DNA of 64,000 nt from an uncultured bacterium. Its GTDB lineage: Bacteria; Elusimicrobiota; Elusimicrobia; Elusimicrobiales; Elusimicrobiaceae. Numbering within the stretch: position 1 is the stretch's first letter; each line of letters opens with the position of its first letter. The position numbers and the translations under genes were made by a program. The notes beneath the pieces were generated by a model. That model saw only the letters and a program-made list of their open reading frames with translations. It did no database searches and was not told the DNA's origin. The stretch is taken from NCBI GenBank assembly GCA_949296525.1, contig CASFOP010000005.1:13519-77518 (forward strand). Reading direction: 5' to 3'. This document shows positions 1 through 9,648 of the stretch, piece after piece.

Positions 1-144
1 CCACCGCCCCATTTTTATGTAACCCGATAAACAGTATACTCCCGCTTACAGGAATATTTTCTTTTTCGTAAAGCGTAATTTTACGAAAATATGCAAGCGT
101 AATTAATGTTATAAAACCAGTATACCAGACTCTTTTTAACAAGT

Positions 145-3100
145 TCACAAAGGTTGCGCCATCTCTTTTAATTTAACGTAATCCACTTTGCCCGTACCCG
201 TCAGCGGGATTTCGTCCATTATGCGCACCGTTTTGGGAACGGCCAGTTCGCTGAGGCCCTTTTCTTTGAAATCCGCCAGAATGGCCGCGCGCGAAGCGTC
301 CTTTTGCGTGGTAAACAAAATCAGCTGTTCGCCTTTCTTTTCGTCCGGAATGTTCACGAGCCCGTGCATTTTGTCCGGCCATATAGCGGCCAGTTCCGTT
401 TCCACGGCGGCGAGCGAAATCATCTCTCCCGCGATTTTGGCAAACCGTTTGGCGCGGCCCAAAATTTGAACGAACCCGTCGCCGTCTATGCTGACGATGT
501 CGCCCGTGTCGTACCAGCCGTCCGTGGGCGGTTCCAATACGCCGGGGTTCGTATCGCGCAGGTATCCGGCCATAATGTTTTTGCCTTTGACGAGCAGTTT
601 CCCGCCGTTTTCCACACCCGGGATAGTTTCCAGACGGTGTTCAATCCCCGGCAGTAAGCGTCCCACCGTGCCGCGTTTAAAATACATCGGCGTATTGACG
701 GCTAATACGGGGGAGGTTTCCGTTGCGCCGTACCCTTCCATAATGCGCAGGCCAAACAAATCGTAATACTTGCGGATGGTTTCTTCCTTCAGCTTTTCCG
801 CGCCGACCACGGCCAGCCGTACGGAGTAGAAATCGTACGGGTGGGCCATTTTGGCGTAGCCGTTCAAAAACGTATCCGTGCCGAACAGAATCGTGGCGTT
901 GCGGTCATACACCAGTTCCGGTACGATGCGGTAATGCAGGGGGGAAGGATAGAAGAACACGGGTACGCCTGACAAGAGCGGCAGCAGCGTGCCTGCCGTC
1001 AGCCCGAACGAGTGAAAAATAGGCATGGCGTTAAACACTTTGTCTTTCAGGCCGAAATCCAAAATGCTTTGCAACTGCAAACGGTTGGCCTGGATGTTTT
1101 GGTGGCTGAGGACCACGCCTTTGGGCGTGCCTTCGGAGCCGGAGGTAAACAGCACCACCGCCGGGTCCTGCGCGCTCACGTTTCCGCGCACCTTTTTATA
1201 ATAATGACGCGGAAAGTAAGAGGCCGTCAGGCCGCATACTTTATCCCACCAAGTGATTTGTTGTTTTACGTCCTCCAGATAAATCAGCTCCACGCCGCTT
1301 TTGGCTATGGCTTGGGCGGTTTCTTCCAGCCCCGCCTGTTTGATAAACGCGCGGGAGGTGTACGCTTTTTTAATGTTGGCGGCCCTGCAGCAGGCGAGCA
1401 TATTTTTTACGCCCGTTGAAAAGTTCAGCATACACGGCGTTAAATTAAACGCCCTGAGGCCGAAAAATGCGGCCGACGCGGCGACCGAGTTGGGCACCAT
1501 CAGCCCCACAAAATCGCCTTGTTTGTTTTGCTTGGCGAATTGTTTCCCCAGCGTGAATACGGCGGTTAAAAACTGCCCGAAGGAAACGGGGCGTCGATTG
1601 ATATCGTCCATAATTTTTTTGCCGCGTCCGACGAGTTCCTCGGCGTCCAAGAGCGAATCGAAAAGCGTTTCGTCCGTATTGCCCGCGTCGTACTTCATAT
1701 TAACCATAATTTCGTACAGCCCGCGCAAGGCCGCCTGGCGGCGTGCGCGCCCTTTGATGTCTTCGCCGATTTCTAATTTTACGGGCGGTAAAACGGTCAT
1801 CGTAATTTTACTTTGCGGCCGCGTTTTTAACTGAGTGCCAAACCGAGAGAACAACGAATACTGGCTGCCTTCCAAACAAATGGGGAGCAACTGCGCGTTG
1901 CTTTTATCGGCAATCATGGCTGGACCGGGATAAATTTTCATAAGGCCTCCCGTCGTGGTGATACGTCCTTCGGGGAAAACGACAACCCGCTTGCCGGCTT
2001 TTACTTCCTCAATAATGGACTTTACCGCCATCGGGGCAGTAGGATCAATCGGAAAGTATTTGATAAGGTGTAAAAAGGGCTTGACCCACCACTTTTTACT
2101 GACATATGTATCAATGGCAAAATACAACTGCCCTGGAATATACACCCACAATAAAACGGCATCTAAAAAGGATGTATGGTTGGCAATAATAAGCGCATTT
2201 CCTTGCAAGTTTTTCCAATTTTCCAGCCCGTTTACTTTTACGCCGTACACAAAATTCAAAATTCGTGTCACAATCATACGGATGATGTGGTGCGGCAGGA
2301 GCCCGCAGATGTATACGGCAGCTAACGCGTTGGCAAAAGCAATCACACCAAAAACGGCAGGAATCGTAAAGTGCATAGCGAGCAGTAACGCACAAAACCC
2401 GCTACCGAGCACCATAAAAAGCGAATTAATAATGTTATTGGTGGCAATCACACGAGAGCGAGTATCCCCAGTCGCCAAAAATTGCAGCATAGCGTTAAGC
2501 GGTACGATATACAGGCCGCCGCAGACGGCAAAGCCGAGCAAATCAAGCGTAATGCGTTTGCCAGAAAAAGTTGACAAAAATGCTTTATAATCTATCGCTT
2601 CCGACGGACGGACAAACCCCGCCACGGCGCAGGCTAAGTCCGCCAGGAAAACCGTCATTAAAATCGCGCTGACGGGGACGTATTTGCTGGTAATTTCGCC
2701 TTTCACCAAAAACTGGCAGATCAGGGCCCCTAACCCGATGCCGCAGGAGAACAACGTCAGCAGAAAGGCAAACAATCCCGGCGTGCCGTTTAAAATATCC
2801 GCAGCCAGGGAAGGCATTTGGGCGATAAGCGCCGTACCCAGCATCCAGAACCAGGATATGCCCAAAATGCACAAGAAAATTTCATGGCTTTGTTTGGCAA
2901 ACGCAATGTTTTTCCACGTACTGCGCAGGAAATTTTTGTCGATTTTCAAATCCGGATTGGCCGGCTGCTGCTTGGGAATAAATAAACTGCATCCGAAACC
3001 AAGTATCGCCACCGCCAGGATAATCCCGGGCAGCAGCATTTCATTCGCCGTGATGATGAGCCCGCCGAAAATGGTACCCTGAAAAATGGAGCCGTAGGTA

Positions 3101-3555
3101 CCGGCTTCAATAATACCGTTGCCGGCAATGAGCTGTTTTTCGTTTAAAATATCGGGCAGGATACTGTATTTAACGGGGCCAAAAAATGCGGACTGCGTTC
3201 CCATTAAGAACAACACAAAAAGAAGCAGCGGCACATTGACCGTTAAGAAGCCAATTCCGGATAAAACGGCAATGACCACTTCCAACCCTTTGGTGATTTT
3301 AATCAGCAGGTCTTTGCGGATTTTGTCGGCCAATTCGCCCGCCTGCGCCGAAAACAGAAAAAACGGCAGCATAAAAAGCGCCACGGCGAGCGCCACAATG
3401 ACCGATTTACTGTTGGCGCTGAGCGTGGTTACCTTATAGGTAATAAACGTGGCCATAGCGGTGCGGAAGAAATTATCGTTAAACGCACCCAAGTATTGCG
3501 TGCAGAAAAGCGATAAAAACGCATGGTTAAAGAAAGTTTTAATAAGGGATAACAT
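145..3555 (-). CDS. Tripartite fusion: MFS lysophospholipid transporter (LplT-like) + PlsC-type acyltransferase + AMP-dependent acyl-ACP synthetase (Aas-like)
   Basis: 1136-aa ORF. The N-terminal ~420 aa is multi-helix hydrophobic. It has the HX4D acyltransferase box (ANHTSFLDA), the AMP-binding box LFTSGSEGTPKGV and a C-terminal GTGKVD. Its start overlaps the marR stop (TAATG). Confidence 0.85.
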   Translation of the reverse strand: MLSLIKTFFNHAFLSLFCTQYLGAFNDNFFRTAMATFITYKVTTLSANSKSVIVALAVALFMLPFFLFSAQAGELADKIRKDLLIKITKGLEVVIAVLSGIGFLTVNVPLLLFVLFLMGTQSAFFGPVKYSILPDILNEKQLIAGNGIIEAGTYGSIFQGTIFGGLIITANEMLLPGIILAVAILGFGCSLFIPKQQPANPDLKIDKNFLRSTWKNIAFAKQSHEIFLCILGISWFWMLGTALIAQMPSLAADILNGTPGLFAFLLTLFSCGIGLGALICQFLVKGEITSKYVPVSAILMTVFLADLACAVAGFVRPSEAIDYKAFLSTFSGKRITLDLLGFAVCGGLYIVPLNAMLQFLATGDTRSRVIATNNIINSLFMVLGSGFCALLLAMHFTIPAVFGVIAFANALAAVYICGLLPHHIIRMIVTRILNFVYGVKVNGLENWKNLQGNALIIANHTSFLDAVLLWVYIPGQLYFAIDTYVSKKWWVKPFLHLIKYFPIDPTAPMAVKSIIEEVKAGKRVVVFPEGRITTTGGLMKIYPGPAMIADKSNAQLLPICLEGSQYSLFSRFGTQLKTRPQSKITMTVLPPVKLEIGEDIKGRARRQAALRGLYEIMVNMKYDAGNTDETLFDSLLDAEELVGRGKKIMDDINRRPVSFGQFLTAVFTLGKQFAKQNKQGDFVGLMVPNSVAASAAFFGLRAFNLTPCMLNFSTGVKNMLACCRAANIKKAYTSRAFIKQAGLEETAQAIAKSGVELIYLEDVKQQITWWDKVCGLTASYFPRHYYKKVRGNVSAQDPAVVLFTSGSEGTPKGVVLSHQNIQANRLQLQSILDFGLKDKVFNAMPIFHSFGLTAGTLLPLLSGVPVFFYPSPLHYRIVPELVYDRNATILFGTDTFLNGYAKMAHPYDFYSVRLAVVGAEKLKEETIRKYYDLFGLRIMEGYGATETSPVLAVNTPMYFKRGTVGRLLPGIEHRLETIPGVENGGKLLVKGKNIMAGYLRDTNPGVLEPPTDGWYDTGDIVSIDGDGFVQILGRAKRFAKIAGEMISLAAVETELAAIWPDKMHGLVNIPDEKKGEQLILFTTQKDASRAAILADFKEKGLSELAVPKTVRIMDEIPLTGTGKVDYVKLKEMAQPL

Positions 3556-4034
3556 TATTTGTCCTCCTGTTGCAGGTTTTCCAGCCAGTTGTTTAAAATT
3601 TCAGCCGCCACGCGCTGTTGTTTGGCGGGAATACGGTCGGTCAGGCGGCGGACCAGTTGGTCGTATGACGGCCATACTTTATCAATGAGCTTTTGGCCTT
3701 TTGCGGTAATTTTAATGATGTTTTCCCGCCGGCTTTGCGGGTTTTGCACGCGGCTTAACAACCCTTCTTTGACGGATTTTTCCACCAGTTTGGTTATATT
3801 GCTGGCCGAAGCGATGAGGCGTTTGCCCATTTCCGCCTGTTTTAGCCCGTTTCCGTTGTTTTGATAAGCGGCCAACATTAATAGGTTAAACTGTACGGGG
3901 GTAAGGCCGCAGGGCGCCAAGCAGGTTTCCACTTGCACATTAATGACGTTATAGATGAGCGCCAAAGCGTACGTGATATTTTCATACGGACGGTTCTTAG
4001 CGGGGTTAATGCCGTAACGGGATAAATCGTTCAT
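3555..4034 (-). CDS. MarR-family transcriptional regulator
   Basis: 159-aa ORF with a winged-HTH MarR-like pattern (LTPVQFNLLMLA, NITKLVEKSVKEGLLSRVQNPQSRRENIIKITAKG). It is translationally coupled to the downstream fusion gene. Confidence 0.85.
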   Translation of the reverse strand: MNDLSRYGINPAKNRPYENITYALALIYNVINVQVETCLAPCGLTPVQFNLLMLAAYQNNGNGLKQAEMGKRLIASASNITKLVEKSVKEGLLSRVQNPQSRRENIIKITAKGQKLIDKVWPSYDQLVRRLTDRIPAKQQRVAAEILNNWLENLQQEDK

Positions 4035-4214
4035 TAAATATCTCCTTTGTAAATAGTTTACTAAAAAATTATTTATTTATCAAACATTTTATTAAACGTA
4101 AACTTACAAACGACAAAAACCTATTATAGAATTATAGATATGCTGAACCTTTTAATGAAAGAACGTAAAGCAAAGAAACTTCTCTAAAAATTAGCCAAAG
4201 ACAACAAATTTACC

Positions 4215-4967
4215 CTATAAAAAACGTGCTAAGCCGGCATTTGTCCACTTGGAGAAGATTTGATTCAGGTCATTCACTCTTTCTTGATTCTTTCGTTCTA
4301 TGAAACTGGGATCTCTGAAACCACCTTCAAATATCCTAGGCAACAATCTCAATTCTTGCAAACGGATAGACAAACTGGTTGCGGACACTTGTGAAAAATA
4401 AGGAGTAAGTGGTCGCGCGAAATAACGGTTTAGCTCTTGCTGACTTTGTACCCAGCGTTTTCGTTTGCCATCGCAATAATAATCTCCGGAGCCAAAGAAA
4501 TCAAAAACACATCCCCGCCCGTACTTCTCCAAAAATTTCTGCACTACAAATTGCGTCGGCATTAGCAAATGAGCAGCAAAGACATCGGCTCTGTGTTCTA
4601 AGGCCGCTAGCTGTTCTTCACTTAATTGCCTTAAATTGAGGTCAGGATTTTCACAAAAATCAATTACATGCCGCATTTCATGAGCGAATGTGAATGCATA
4701 ACGGCATCGATTTATATGCCTTAACGATTCGTCTAATACAATCCATTTCTTTTTCCCATCCGTTAAGGCCCATCTTTCTTCTGTATCTGTCTTTTTATAA
4801 ATGTTCGCGAAGCGCAACTCAAATTCTTTATATTCGGGATAAATTATCCCTGTATAGATTTCATCAATATCAATATGGGGAACAAGCCCCTCTTGCTTAC
4901 ATGTAATTAAATACCTGTTAGCAAGTCCTTCCGCTTGTCTCACATTATCAAAATCATTTTCCAGCAT
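4215..4967 (-). CDS. ImmA/IrrE-family zinc metallopeptidase
   Basis: 250-aa ORF with an HEXXH box (FAHEMRHVIDF), then ADVFAAHLLMP and a C-terminal VSATSLSIRLQELRLL segment typical of the family. It overlaps the upstream XRE gene by 14 nt and is AT-rich compared with its flanks. Confidence 0.75.
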   Translation of the reverse strand: MLENDFDNVRQAEGLANRYLITCKQEGLVPHIDIDEIYTGIIYPEYKEFELRFANIYKKTDTEERWALTDGKKKWIVLDESLRHINRCRYAFTFAHEMRHVIDFCENPDLNLRQLSEEQLAALEHRADVFAAHLLMPTQFVVQKFLEKYGRGCVFDFFGSGDYYCDGKRKRWVQSQQELNRYFARPLTPYFSQVSATSLSIRLQELRLLPRIFEGGFRDPSFIERKNQERVNDLNQIFSKWTNAGLARFL

Positions 4968-5301
4968 TCTTTTTCAACTTGGTTTTTCGATACAATACAA
5001 AATCATCGGAAAACCGATCTTCAAGTTTTAGAGCGAATTCTTCTTTTTTTTGTTCTTTAGCAACTTCGGCAAATTTGTGTAGGTCTTCTCCAAAAATTTC
5101 TGCCATACGGTATATTATCCACGGCTGTGGGATTTCATTATATATCTCTACTTTTGAAATATAACTAGGAGACAGTAATTTGTTATCTTCTCCGATAACG
5201 CCTATTTTTTCAATAAAATCTTTAACAGTCCAGCCATTTTCCCTCCTTAATCTCTGTACTAAACGGCCAAAGTTTTCTTTGTTGTTCATAGTAGCATCCA
5301 T
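4954..5301 (-). CDS. XRE-family helix-turn-helix regulator
   Basis: 115-aa ORF with an N-terminal HTH-like segment (FGRLVQRLRRENGWTVKDFIEKIGV ... SYISKVE). It is paired with the ImmA-like gene. Confidence 0.75.
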   Translation of the reverse strand: MDATMNNKENFGRLVQRLRRENGWTVKDFIEKIGVIGEDNKLLSPSYISKVEIYNEIPQPWIIYRMAEIFGEDLHKFAEVAKEQKKEEFALKLEDRFSDDFVLYRKTKLKKNAGK

Positions 5302-5435
5302 TTTAACACTAATTTTTACTAATTTACACCAAAAATAGTATACTTTGTTTTAATCAAAATGTCAACTCCCAAATAAACTATTAACATTCCACCTATTTAA
5401 TGGCGCAATAATGGCATATAGGAGTGCCATTATAT

Positions 5436-5711
5436 ATGCCAATAGCATTTCATCCGAACTATCAAATTACAAAATCTATCCTTGAAAAGCTTTATAAAAT
5501 AGACCAAATCAAAGAGCAAGTTAAAAATATACCATTAACACCGCGCGTACTGGATGGGCTTAAAGAAACGTCCCGTATTGTTACTACGCACTATTCTACG
5601 GTTATTGAGGGGAACTTTCTAACAGAACGGGAGGCGCGCGCGGTATTAAAAGGGCAAGCCATACAAGGTCGGAAACGGGATGAGTTGGACATTCGTACAA
5701 AAAACCTTTAA
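5436..5711 (+). pseudogene. Fic-family N-terminal fragment (inhibitory-helix region only): truncated gene or orphan antitoxin-like module
   Basis: ~91 codons from the ATG at 5436 (AGGAG upstream). It contains the (S/T)xxxE(G/N) Fic inhibitory motif (STVIEGNFLTEREA). No HPFx(D/E)GNGR catalytic core follows. The frame stops at 5711 and the next ~160 bp are noncoding. Confidence 0.5.
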
Positions 5712-5825
5712 AATTTAAAAGAAATTCGTTGTTTTTCCCTGTATTTACCCTGTTGAACAGGGAATTTAAGGAAGAAAAACATCAGCATATTGCTGCCCAT
5801 ACTACACACTCCGTTGCTTTTCCCG

Positions 5826-5857
5826 CAAAAACGCCGCCCCAAAAACCGGGGCGGCGT
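5826..5857 (-). terminator. Intrinsic terminator
   Basis: A 10-bp GC stem (ACGCCGCCCC/GGGGCGGCGT) plus a T run on the minus strand, after the stop at 5875. Confidence 0.75.
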
Positions 5858-5874
5858 TTACAGATAAAGCGGCT

Positions 5875-6732
5875 TTACTGGGCAGGGAAGAAAAACCCCG
5901 CCGTCATATCCAGGTAATTTTCCCCCAGGTACTGAGGATATTTCGCTTTGACCCGCGCCTTAAAATCTGCCGCATCTTTACTGGCGGCGGCCAGCTGCTT
6001 AATATCCTGCACGTAAGCGATTTTTACGGCCACTTCTGCCTGCCCTTCCGGCATATGATGCGCACTTAAAATATAGCGGTAATCTTTCTGCTGGAACTGC
6101 CGCAGAGTGTCCAACATGGCGTCGGCATGCGCCGGACCTGCAATGATGGAATGCGTATCCGCACCCAGCATATGGGTGTAGACGCTGTTAATCTCGGGGA
6201 TTTCCACATCAAAGGCCTCCGCCGTGGGAATAATACGCAGCGTAAAACCGGCCAACCGGGTTTCCCCCGCAGGCAATTCGCGGTCCATATCGGAGATTTT
6301 TCCGTCAAACGGCGCACCGAAGGTTTGAATAAAGCCGTCTATCAAAGCTTTTCCGCCCCCGTGATGGCCGTATTCCCGCGCCTGCGGCGTGGTATATACG
6401 GGCACATCAGGCAGGAAAGAATCCCCGGACATATGATAAGAAAGCAGCCTGGCCTGCGGTTTGGCATCCAAAGTGTCCATATAAGCGGCCAGTTCTTTTT
6501 CCCCTTCATAAAAGGCCGGCTGTTCTATAATTAATAACTTGCCGTCCTTCTCCAGCAGAAACACGCTGTCAGCCATCGCGTCACGCGTATCATAAGCATG
6601 GAGTTTTACGTCCCCGAAATCATAGACCTGCACCGTGCCTTTATGCAGCGTTTGGGTACGCACGGCCGGTTTATTGGTCGCACAAGCCGCACACAGCGAA
6701 ACGGCGGCCAAAACAGTTATTACTTTTTTCAT
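5875..6732 (-). CDS. Secreted protein or lipoprotein of unknown function
   Basis: 285-aa ORF with an N-terminal signal-like MKKVITVLAAVSLCAACATNK. No catalytic motif was recognised. A strong terminator lies downstream. Confidence 0.7.
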   Translation of the reverse strand: MKKVITVLAAVSLCAACATNKPAVRTQTLHKGTVQVYDFGDVKLHAYDTRDAMADSVFLLEKDGKLLIIEQPAFYEGEKELAAYMDTLDAKPQARLLSYHMSGDSFLPDVPVYTTPQAREYGHHGGGKALIDGFIQTFGAPFDGKISDMDRELPAGETRLAGFTLRIIPTAEAFDVEIPEINSVYTHMLGADTHSIIAGPAHADAMLDTLRQFQQKDYRYILSAHHMPEGQAEVAVKIAYVQDIKQLAAASKDAADFKARVKAKYPQYLGENYLDMTAGFFFPAQ

Positions 6733-6894
6733 TCTTGCCTCCTTTTGGCGTTAAATTGCGTTTTTCAGTATAATAAACAGATAAGCGGCAGTAAAGTAGG
6801 CACTTTTTGCGGCGCTTACTTACCTTTTGGTGACTTTTTACATGAAAAAGCGGCTTTGTAAACAGCTAATTTATATTTGACATTTGAGGACAAT

Positions 6895-7383
6895 ATGGCA
6901 CACATCAAATACGGTAAAGAAGGTCTGGAGTTGGACATTACCCCCGTTTCCCGCTGGTACGATGACGGGAGCGAAGAACCCTGCGTGGAATATGAAATCG
7001 GCCTGTACTACAAGGACACGCCGCTGTTTTCCGACGAATTTGCCGAAAAATTCGTGGCGCTTAAAGATGCCCAGGCGCCGTATCTGTCCGCATTCATTTT
7101 AAACGTATTGGCCAGCGGCCAGCCGGACAACTGGATTATGCTGGAGCCGAAAGTGTCGGTTTTTATGGCTCCCAAAAACGCCCTGGGCTGCGCCTGCCGC
7201 GGCGAAATGCCCGGACAGACGCCGTTTTTTATGGAAATCAAACTGGACCAAAACATTTTGGCAGATAAACCTTATACGGAATATTCCGATACGGGGCTTG
7301 CCCTCAAACTGGAAGCATCGCGCGAGCAGTGGGGCCAGTTTGCCCGCGATCTGGAAACCGAAGAAACAGACTTTGAAGATTAG
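6895..7383 (+). CDS. Hypothetical acidic protein
   Basis: The ORF is 6877-7383. The ATG at 6895 is preceded by GAGGA. Composition is protein-like and a terminator follows at 7432-7460. Confidence 0.6.
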   Translation: MAHIKYGKEGLELDITPVSRWYDDGSEEPCVEYEIGLYYKDTPLFSDEFAEKFVALKDAQAPYLSAFILNVLASGQPDNWIMLEPKVSVFMAPKNALGCACRGEMPGQTPFFMEIKLDQNILADKPYTEYSDTGLALKLEASREQWGQFARDLETEETDFED

Positions 7384-7431
7384 GCCGTTTCCCCGCCACA
7401 CATGGGGCATCGGCCGGCCTTTTGCCCCGAT

Positions 7432-7460
7432 AAAAACCCCCACTGAAAGTGGGGGTTTTT
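7432..7460. terminator. Bidirectional intrinsic terminator
   Basis: CCCCCAC-TGAAA-GTGGGGG flanked by A5 and T5, between convergent genes. Confidence 0.8.
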
Positions 7461-8817
7461 ATTTTTTGTCATCTTCATCAAATTTCGGGATTAAATGCCG
7501 GGACATATCTTTAAAAGTCCGCAACAATAAACCTTTCCGTCCGGACATCCGGCGGATTTTATCCGGGGAATCTAACGGGGAAACAGGCTCCCCTTCGCCT
7601 TCCTTATCAAACGAAATAAACTGGCTGCTGAATACGCTCTGCCGTCCCGTCAGCAAAAAGCTGATGACGCATGCCACGGCGGCGTACGGGGCAATTTCCG
7701 CCCCGAAGAGCTCTATGGCCATAATACTGGCCGAAAGCGGTGTATTGGCCGTCCCCGCCAATACGGCCACCAGCCCCAGCGCGGCCATGGTGGCCGGGTC
7801 CATGCCAAACACCTCTGCCAGCGTCGCCCCGGCCTGGGCCCCCACGAAAAAGATGGGGGTGATAACGCCGCCCACACCTCCGGCGGCGAATGTAACGGCC
7901 GTCGTAAAACTTTTAATCAAAAAGCCAAAAGGGGATTGCAGCTCCCCGCCGGCCAATACGCCGTTAAACCCGTCCAGCCCCAGCCCCAAGTACAGCGGCG
8001 AAGTCAAAAGCCCCACCGCCGCCAATATGGCCCCGCCGATAAAACAACGCCAAAAAGGCGAGGTGCGCAAGGTAATATAGCGGAAAACGACTTTGGCGCA
8101 TTTCATCACTTCCGTAAACATGACCGACACCATGCCAAAAAACAAGCCGGCCAAAATCACTTTCAGAAAAAACTGTTCCGCAAACACCGGGGCAAAATTC
8201 ATGGGATGATAAATATAATCCACCCCCAGCCATGTGGTTACCTGAAACGCGGTAATACCGGCTATAAACGCCGGGAACATGGCGTCATAGAAAATATACC
8301 CCACCCACAGTACTTCCAGCCCAAACAAAGCCCCCGATATCGGCACGCCGAATACCCCGGCAAACCCCGCGCTGACGCCGCAAATCATCATCTTGCGTAA
8401 AGACTGCGGGCTGACGCGCAGCAAACGGCCCAGGGCGGAAGCAACCCCGGCCCCGGCATCGGCACACGGGGCCTCTTTGCCGGCCGAACCGCCCACCGTC
8501 ATGGTCAAAATAGATAACGCCAATGATTTAAAGGCCGATACCAGCCCCACGGGCTGATATGCATTAATGCGGTGAATGACCGCATCGGTGGAATAGTCCT
8601 GTGCCTGCGGGGCCACCCGGCGTGAAAGCAGCCATATCACATAAAGAAAAAAGGGCAGACCCAAAAAATACAGGGGGAAATGGTTGCGCCAGAGAATGGC
8701 CGCATCCAATGCTTTCAAAAATAGCGCATCCAACACCCCCACCGCTATCCCGATACAGGTGGCCAGGAAAAACCATTTAACGATATTCCAAAAATTGTTC
8801 TGTGGATATCTGAACAT
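7459..8817 (-). CDS. ClC-family chloride/anion channel
   Basis: 452-aa polytopic ORF with GSAGKEAP and GVFGVPISGALFGLE selectivity-filter-like motifs. Confidence 0.85.
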   Translation of the reverse strand: MFRYPQNNFWNIVKWFFLATCIGIAVGVLDALFLKALDAAILWRNHFPLYFLGLPFFLYVIWLLSRRVAPQAQDYSTDAVIHRINAYQPVGLVSAFKSLALSILTMTVGGSAGKEAPCADAGAGVASALGRLLRVSPQSLRKMMICGVSAGFAGVFGVPISGALFGLEVLWVGYIFYDAMFPAFIAGITAFQVTTWLGVDYIYHPMNFAPVFAEQFFLKVILAGLFFGMVSVMFTEVMKCAKVVFRYITLRTSPFWRCFIGGAILAAVGLLTSPLYLGLGLDGFNGVLAGGELQSPFGFLIKSFTTAVTFAAGGVGGVITPIFFVGAQAGATLAEVFGMDPATMAALGLVAVLAGTANTPLSASIMAIELFGAEIAPYAAVACVISFLLTGRQSVFSSQFISFDKEGEGEPVSPLDSPDKIRRMSGRKGLLLRTFKDMSRHLIPKFDEDDKK

Positions 8818-8890
8818 ACGTATTATTGTACAAAATCCCTTTCATAAGCACATATATTTGCCGCAAAGGCCACCCAGCACAGAAAGATTT

Positions 8891-8899
8891 TGCTATACT
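8891..8899 (+). promoter_or_regulatory. Extended -10 element TGCTATACT upstream of the marC-family gene
   Basis: TGn-TATACT lies ~60 nt before the ATG at 8960, which has its own AAGGAG. Confidence 0.4.
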
Positions 8900-8959
8900 A
8901 TGGATATCCAACCGAAATGATGCCGTGCAAAACCGGCCGTATCTATCTAAGGAGCTGTT

Positions 8960-9553
8960 ATGGATTTTTTCTTTTCTTCTGTCATCACATTGTGCTTGGT
9001 CATGGATCCCTTCGGGAACATCCCCCTTTTTATTTCTGCGCTGAAAAAGGTGGCACCGGAACGGCGCAAGACCGTGCTTATCCGGGAGCTGGCTATTGCA
9101 CTGGGCATTACGCTGGCTTTTCTGTATTTTGGGAAATGGTTCCTGCACATGTTTGGCATACATTCTTTTTCCATGAGTATTGCCGGAGGCATTATCCTTT
9201 TTATTATATCCATGAAACTGGTATTTAACAACGAAGACGAAACACATGCCAACCCCAAAGAAGAAGAGCCTTTTATCGTACCGCTGGCCATCCCGCTGGT
9301 AGCGGGGCCGGCGGTTCTGTCCATCGTCATGATTTTATCGGCCCAGCAGCCAAACAAACTTATTACGCTCTCTGCAGTATTGGTGGCCTCTGCCATTAAT
9401 TCGGCGGTGTTAATGCTGTCTTTCCCTATTAGCAAACTGCTGGGCAAAAGGGGCCTGATTGCCATAGAACGCCTGACCGGCATGATCCTGGTGCTTATGT
9501 CCGTGGATATGGTAATGGGCGGCGTGTCCGAATTTATTAAAGGCGGCCTATAA
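8960..9553 (+). CDS. MarC-family (UPF0056/NAAT) integral membrane protein
   Basis: 197-aa ORF with the N-terminal LVMDPFGNIPLF motif and six hydrophobic segments. AAGGAG lies upstream. Confidence 0.8.
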   Translation: MDFFFSSVITLCLVMDPFGNIPLFISALKKVAPERRKTVLIRELAIALGITLAFLYFGKWFLHMFGIHSFSMSIAGGIILFIISMKLVFNNEDETHANPKEEEPFIVPLAIPLVAGPAVLSIVMILSAQQPNKLITLSAVLVASAINSAVLMLSFPISKLLGKRGLIAIERLTGMILVLMSVDMVMGGVSEFIKGGL

Positions 9554-9648
9554 TTCCGCGCAGCAGCTTTGCCCCTTATCGCCGCAACCGTACGGACAGG
9601 TCGGGCAGCGTTTTTAGTTGCCGGGAAATTAAAACACAAGGAATATAT

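Noticed and set aside
5875-6732. Calling the 285-aa lipoprotein a metallo-beta-lactamase-fold hydrolase.
   Set aside because: The overall beta-rich pattern is suggestive, but the HxHxDH signature is not present. It is left as unknown function.
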